30,702 bases of DNA from Pedosphaera sp. (GTDB lineage: Bacteria > Verrucomicrobiota > Verrucomicrobiia > Limisphaerales > SIBH01), in contig JANOQV010000213.1 in assembly GCA_031414955.1 (NCBI GenBank), positions 1 to 30,702 on the forward strand. Direction: 5' to 3'. Shown piece by piece: positions 27,723-30,702 of this stretch. A model generated the notes under the pieces. It ran no database searches. It was not told the DNA's origin and was given only the letters and a program-made list of their open reading frames with translations. A program made the translations under genes and the position numbers. How positions within the stretch are numbered: the stretch's first letter is position 1; each line of letters opens with the position of its first letter.

Positions 27723-27730
27723 ATGGGCTG

Positions 27731-27861
27731 CTCCTCTCCCTGGCCCTCTCCCCACTCGTGCCTCGCGAGGAGAGGGAATCGGTCGGCGGCACGCGGCCGT
27801 CGCACGGCGCGTTCCGACTCCCTCTCCTCCAAGAAATGGAGGAGAGGGCTGGGGAGAGGAG
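27731..27861. repeat. CCCTCTCC-hairpin REPIN, copy B
   Basis: Near-identical to 27384-27514 including the spacer. Right-arm hairpin is CCCTCTCCTCCA…TGGAGGAGAGGG. Confidence 0.75.
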
Positions 27862-27908
27862 GCGCCGAGCCAGTCACATCCGGCGCGTGGCTTTTCTGAG
27901 TGAGCCTG

Positions 27909-28018
27909 CCCCTCTCCCCGGCCCTCTCCCCACTCGTGCCTCGTGGGGAGAGGGAGTCGAAAACGCAAGGCCACTCGTGCCTCGCAAGGAGAGGGTGCCC
28001 GCAGGGCGGGAGAGGAGG
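27909..28018. repeat. CCCTCTCC hairpin arm(s) upstream of the DUF559 gene
   Basis: Perfect 12-bp stem CCCTCTCCCCAC (27922-27933) / GTGGGGAGAGGG (27943-27954), followed by a partial arm sharing CACTCGTGCCTCG. Confidence 0.7.
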
Positions 28019-28056
28019 CGCTTGTCTTTCCAGACCACGTTTCTATCCTGCACGCC

Positions 28057-28491
28057 ATGAATCCCACCGAGATCGCCCGCCGTCTGCGGCGCGAGCAGAC
28101 AAATGAGGAGAAGGAACTGTGGCGGGCCTTGCGCGCCGGTCGATTCGCCGGATTCAAATTCCGCCGCCAGCATCCGCTCGGCGTTTACATTTTGGATTTC
28201 TTCTGTCCAGCCGCGCGGCTCTCGCTCGAACTGGACGGTTCTCAACACGGCTTCCCGGAGCAACGGCAGCGCGACGTGGAGCGGGAGAAGTTCCTTTCCG
28301 AACAGGGCATTGAGGAACTGCGTTTCTGGAACCGGGAGTGGCGGCAGAATCGCGAGGGCGTGCTACTGACGATTTGGGAGGCGCTGCACCGGCGGACAGG
28401 TTGCGTGCAGATTTTACGGAAGGAAGAGAACAACCGGTTCGTGCCGTCGGAGCCGGAGAAGATGATTCTGAAACGCAAGTTGCCGCGCTGA
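28057..28491 (+). CDS. DUF559 domain endonuclease (very-short-patch-repair/PD-(D/E)XK-like)
   Basis: ARRLRREQTNEEKELWRALR, KFRRQHPLGVYILDFFC, ELDGSQH, RD..REKFL and LRFWN. Confidence 0.9.
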   Translation: MNPTEIARRLRREQTNEEKELWRALRAGRFAGFKFRRQHPLGVYILDFFCPAARLSLELDGSQHGFPEQRQRDVEREKFLSEQGIEELRFWNREWRQNREGVLLTIWEALHRRTGCVQILRKEENNRFVPSEPEKMILKRKLPR

Positions 28492-28494
28492 GTG

Positions 28495-28538
28495 CCTCCT
28501 CTCCCCGGCCCTCTCCTCCATTTCATGGAGGAGAGGGA
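28495..28538. repeat. CCCTCTCC hairpin arm downstream of the DUF559 gene
   Basis: Perfect 13-bp stem CCCTCTCCTCCAT-ttc-ATGGAGGAGAGGG (28509-28537); the arm starts a few nt after the stop codon. Confidence 0.75.
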
Positions 28539-28570
28539 GAGAAGCCGCCGCACTCCGCTCGACTCGCGGC

Positions 28571-28599
28571 TTGAAGGTGCCAGCACCGCCGCCTACGCT
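28571..28599 (+). promoter_or_regulatory. likely leaderless sigma70-type promoter
   Basis: TTGAAG-17 nt-TACGCT, 6 nt before ATG 28606, with no SD. Confidence 0.5.
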
Positions 28600-28605
28600 C
28601 CGCCC

Positions 28606-28812
28606 ATGCAACTTTCCGAGCTGCTCCCGGCATTGCACCAACTGCCCCGCGCGGACAAATTTCGCGCCGTGCAATTCCTCACTACGGAACTGGCGCAAGA
28701 TGAAGGCGGGCTGGTTCCCGGCGCGGAGTATCCGGTTTGGTCGCCCTACGAAGCGCACGAGGCCGCCGCCACGCTCACCCAGTATCTCCGCGAGCAGACC
28801 GGCCCCCAGTGA
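28606..28812 (+). CDS. small (68 aa) hypothetical protein, antitoxin-like partner of the downstream protease
   Basis: MQLSELLPALHQLPRADKFRAVQFLTTELAQDE…YPVWSPYEAHEAA; the next ATG is 1 nt after its stop. Confidence 0.7.
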   Translation: MQLSELLPALHQLPRADKFRAVQFLTTELAQDEGGLVPGAEYPVWSPYEAHEAAATLTQYLREQTGPQ

Positions 28813-28813
28813 C

Positions 28814-29230
28814 ATGCCTGTCTGCTTTCCCTATCTCCCGGTCAGTTCAGCGCACGGTGACGCGGCGTTGATGCCGTTCCTGCCGGTGGAATTGCGCTTC
28901 AAGGGCGGCGAACCAGTCCAGGCGCGCGGTCTGCCCGACTCGGGCGCGACGGTGAATGTGCTGCCGTATGGATTGGGCCTGCGTTTGGGTGCGGTGTGGG
29001 AAGCGCAGACGACGCTGGTGAAACTGGCGGGGAATCTCTCCGCCCACGAAGCGAGGGCCGTGCTGCTCCAGTGTCGCATCGCGGACTTCGCGCCCGTGCC
29101 ACTGGTCTTTGCCTGGTCGCGTTCGGAGAACGTGCCGCTGCTGCTGGGGCAGGTGAACTTCTTTGAAGCCTTCGATGTCTGCTTCCATCGCGCGCGCCGG
29201 CAATTCGAGGTTGAACCAGCCAGGCGATAG
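28814..29230 (+). CDS. retroviral-like (clan AA, retropepsin) aspartyl protease family protein
   Basis: 138 aa with the GLPDSGATVNVLP catalytic motif and C-terminal LLLGQVNFF. Confidence 0.75.
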   Translation: MPVCFPYLPVSSAHGDAALMPFLPVELRFKGGEPVQARGLPDSGATVNVLPYGLGLRLGAVWEAQTTLVKLAGNLSAHEARAVLLQCRIADFAPVPLVFAWSRSENVPLLLGQVNFFEAFDVCFHRARRQFEVEPARR

Positions 29231-29269
29231 AAGTCGGGGTGCGTGCGCCCTCTCGCGAATTCCCTTTGC

Positions 29270-29362
29270 TCAGGCTGCCTTCAGCCATGCGCGCAGCGTG
29301 GCCAGGTCTTTTTTGAAGTGCGCGCGCCTGGCGTCGTTCTCGCCCAGCTCGTATTCGTGATG
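29270..29362 (-). pseudogene. 3' fragment (copy 3, in frame) of the same TIM-barrel gene
   Basis: HHEYELGENDARRAHFKKDLATLRAWLKAA*. Downstream CTCGCGAATTCCC (29252-29264) is also present next to copy 1 (27194-27206). Confidence 0.6.
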
Positions 29363-29455
29363 GTGAGGACTCGCCCGTTCATGCTCCTCCCTGCCTGAAA
29401 AGTATTTCCCCGCTGGGGCCGTATTTGTCCCACCCGGCGGACGAGACTCGCGGGC

Positions 29456-29725
29456 ATGAAAAGCATCCCTCCTGACTATCTCACGCCGGACTCTTACCCC
29501 GACCGTCTCAACCGGCAGATTGGACTCGAACTGTGCGCGCGTCGCGAGTCTCTGAACCTCAGTGCCTACGCGCTCGCGAAATCCGCGCGCGTGAGTGACC
29601 AGACCATCCTCAACATCGAGCAGGGCAAGACCTGTCCGAACCTCGCCATCCTGGCCTTGCTCTGCGTGCGGTTCGGGATCACGGCGTCGGAGTTTCTTGC
29701 CTCGGCGGAGGCCCGGCCGGACTAG
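29456..29725 (+). CDS. XRE family helix-turn-helix transcriptional regulator
   Basis: RRESLNLSAYALAKSARVSDQTILNIEQGKTCPNLAILALLC (cI/C1-type HTH). Confidence 0.85.
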   Translation: MKSIPPDYLTPDSYPDRLNRQIGLELCARRESLNLSAYALAKSARVSDQTILNIEQGKTCPNLAILALLCVRFGITASEFLASAEARPD

Positions 29726-29741
29726 CAGGGGGAGGGAGGTT

Positions 29742-29814
29742 CATTTGGCACTCAGGAACCCAGGAATGGATAAAGCTGAGACGCCGCTTTTCCTGAGTTC
29801 CTGAGTCCCAAATG
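29742..29814. repeat. CTCAGGAA-periodic palindromic element
   Basis: CATTTGGCACTCAGGAACCCAGGAA (29742-29766) versus TTCCTGAGTTCCTGAGTCCCAAATG (29790-29814), 2 mismatches, 8-nt internal period. Confidence 0.75.
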
Positions 29815-30041
29815 GAGTCCTGTCTCCCGGCGGGGGCGAAAAACCCCTGCAAACCCTGCCCAAAAAGTCTTGGCTACCTCGATTTCCAACTCCCGTGCTG
29901 AAGTGTCCGGCGTCGCCAGGAACACCGGAAATGAACGTCATCAACGCCAGAACTGAGCTGGTCCCGCCGCCAAGGACGCCGTCCCGCCTCGCCGGGCACC
30001 GGTCCCAGCCGGCGGCAGGGCCATTCCCGCTCAAAACCGCG

Positions 30042-30398
30042 CTTTTCCGCGCTGGAGGGGCGTTTTTCCGCCTCGGAGGGGCCATCCCGGACGCGGTGGG
30101 GTGTTCCACGGGCTTCGCCGGGAAGACCCCGGATGTTTCTTGGGCCACCCCGCGCGAAAAGGTTTGGAACCCGGAGCCGGGAGGGAAGACCCCGCCGGTT
30201 TCCTGGAACACCCCGGCGCGCGGAGGGGCCACCCCGGCGGATTCTTGGAGCACCCCGGACGTTTCCTGGGCCACCCCGCGGGAAATGGTCTGGAACCCGC
30301 GCCGTTCCTGGGCCACCCCGCTGCGCGGAGGGAACACCCCGGAGGGCGGAAGGAACACCCCGGCGACTTCTTGGAACACCCCCGAGGTGGCAGTGGTC
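30042..30398. repeat. degenerate 21-bp tandem array, ~17 units
   Basis: ACCCCG/AACCCG-type starts at an exact 21-nt phase: 30126, 30147, 30168, 30189, 30210, 30231, 30252, 30273, 30294, 30315, 30336, 30357, 30378 (last unit ACCCCC). More degenerate units at 30042-30125. Confidence 0.9.
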
Positions 30399-30525
30399 GC
30401 GCTGCGACCACTCCGCCCGCGTTCAGCGGGCGGCCTCCGGACCTCTTCTTGGGGTGGACATGCTCCGACCTTTCATTGCGCCGCTCTGCGCGGCGCTACT
30501 CGTCGCAGCGCGACGAGTTCCACCT
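30385..30525. repeat. GTGG-tagged REP inverted doublet (GTCGC-GCT-GCGAC hairpin core)
   Basis: AGGTGGCAGTGGTCGCGCTGCGACCACT (30385-30412) and, on the minus strand, AGGTGGAACTCGTCGCGCTGCGACGAGT (30525-30498). Each has a perfect 9-bp stem with compensatory changes. Confidence 0.65.
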
Positions 30526-30562
30526 CTCGGGTGGGGCGAGGCTTCATGTCCGGAGGCCGCCC

Positions 30563-30702
30563 ATGACTTGGGACACCGGCACCTGGGACAGCGGCTTCTG
30601 GGATGCACCGCCCGCACCCGCCTCCGACTATTTCCTCTCCAAACCAAAAACAAAAACACAGATGAAACGACAAAACTATTATCCCAGCCGCATCGGCGAT
30701 CA
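30563..30702 (+). CDS. 5' end of a hypothetical protein truncated by the window edge (MTWDTGTWDSGFWD…MKRQNYYPSRIGD)
   Basis: Open frame from ATG 30563 (GGAGG 6 nt upstream) through an in-frame ATG 30662 (preceded by an A-rich tract) to the window end. Confidence 0.6.
   Translation, partial: MTWDTGTWDSGFWDAPPAPASDYFLSKPKTKTQMKRQNYYPSRIGD

Noticed and set aside
27223..28157. Several 75-200 aa ORFs rich in PSPP/GEG/RG
   Set aside because: Translations of CCCTCTCC repeats and gene-tail fragments.
29281..29391. Minus-strand MNGRVLT… ORF with GGAGG upstream, divergent from XRE
   Set aside because: Reads into the TIM-tail copy out of frame, is only 33 aa and has short SD spacing; at most a relic gene start.
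30042..30398. CRISPR or TIGR array interpretation
   Set aside because: The unit is only 21 nt, cores recur rather than being unique spacers, and no cas or Nop-domain gene is visible in the window.
29741..30566. ORFs 29741-30379 (-) and 29895-30566 (+) as real genes
   Set aside because: Openness is explained by a stop-free 21-nt period and they run through palindromic repeats. Not called as CDS, though translation is not excluded.
24816..30702. Prophage, IS or integron call for the accessory region
   Set aside because: No integrase, transposase, phage structural gene, tRNA target or attC-like site recognised.

Overview
GC-rich bacterial chromosomal window. It is most likely Verrucomicrobiota (Pedosphaerales/Limisphaerales-like), inferred from the protein styles and the repeat families. 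Positions 680-24615 are mostly core-like genes: a ceramidase-like hydrolase, a SirB1-like protein, DUF456, an atypical SDR, a GldA/GldF/GldG/DUF4340-type ABC operon, ispF, a small ORF-peptidase C26-sigma54 response regulator operon, dnaG, a ~2180-aa Ig/Calx-beta/DUF11 surface protein and a CocE/NonD hydrolase. Several intergenic gaps (especially 139-585, 6714-6814, 14027-14200 and everything after 24700) carry REP/REPIN-like palindromes, about ten unrelated families in total, some nested. From ~24800 to the end is an accessory hotspot with no integrase or transposase. It contains an AT-richer HEPN-like gene coupled to a mosaic Sel1-trypsin gene, and three decayed copies of the 3' end of one TIM-barrel (sugar-phosphate isomerase/epimerase-like) gene that delimit cargo blocks. 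The cargo includes a DUF559 endonuclease embedded in CCCTCTCC hairpin repeats, a small protein/retropepsin-like protease pair and an XRE regulator. The window ends with a ~17-unit 21-bp phased array, a structured leader that hides a Shine-Dalgarno, and a truncated ORF starting with a (WDxGx)n motif. All calls are by eye from motifs; no database searches were run.
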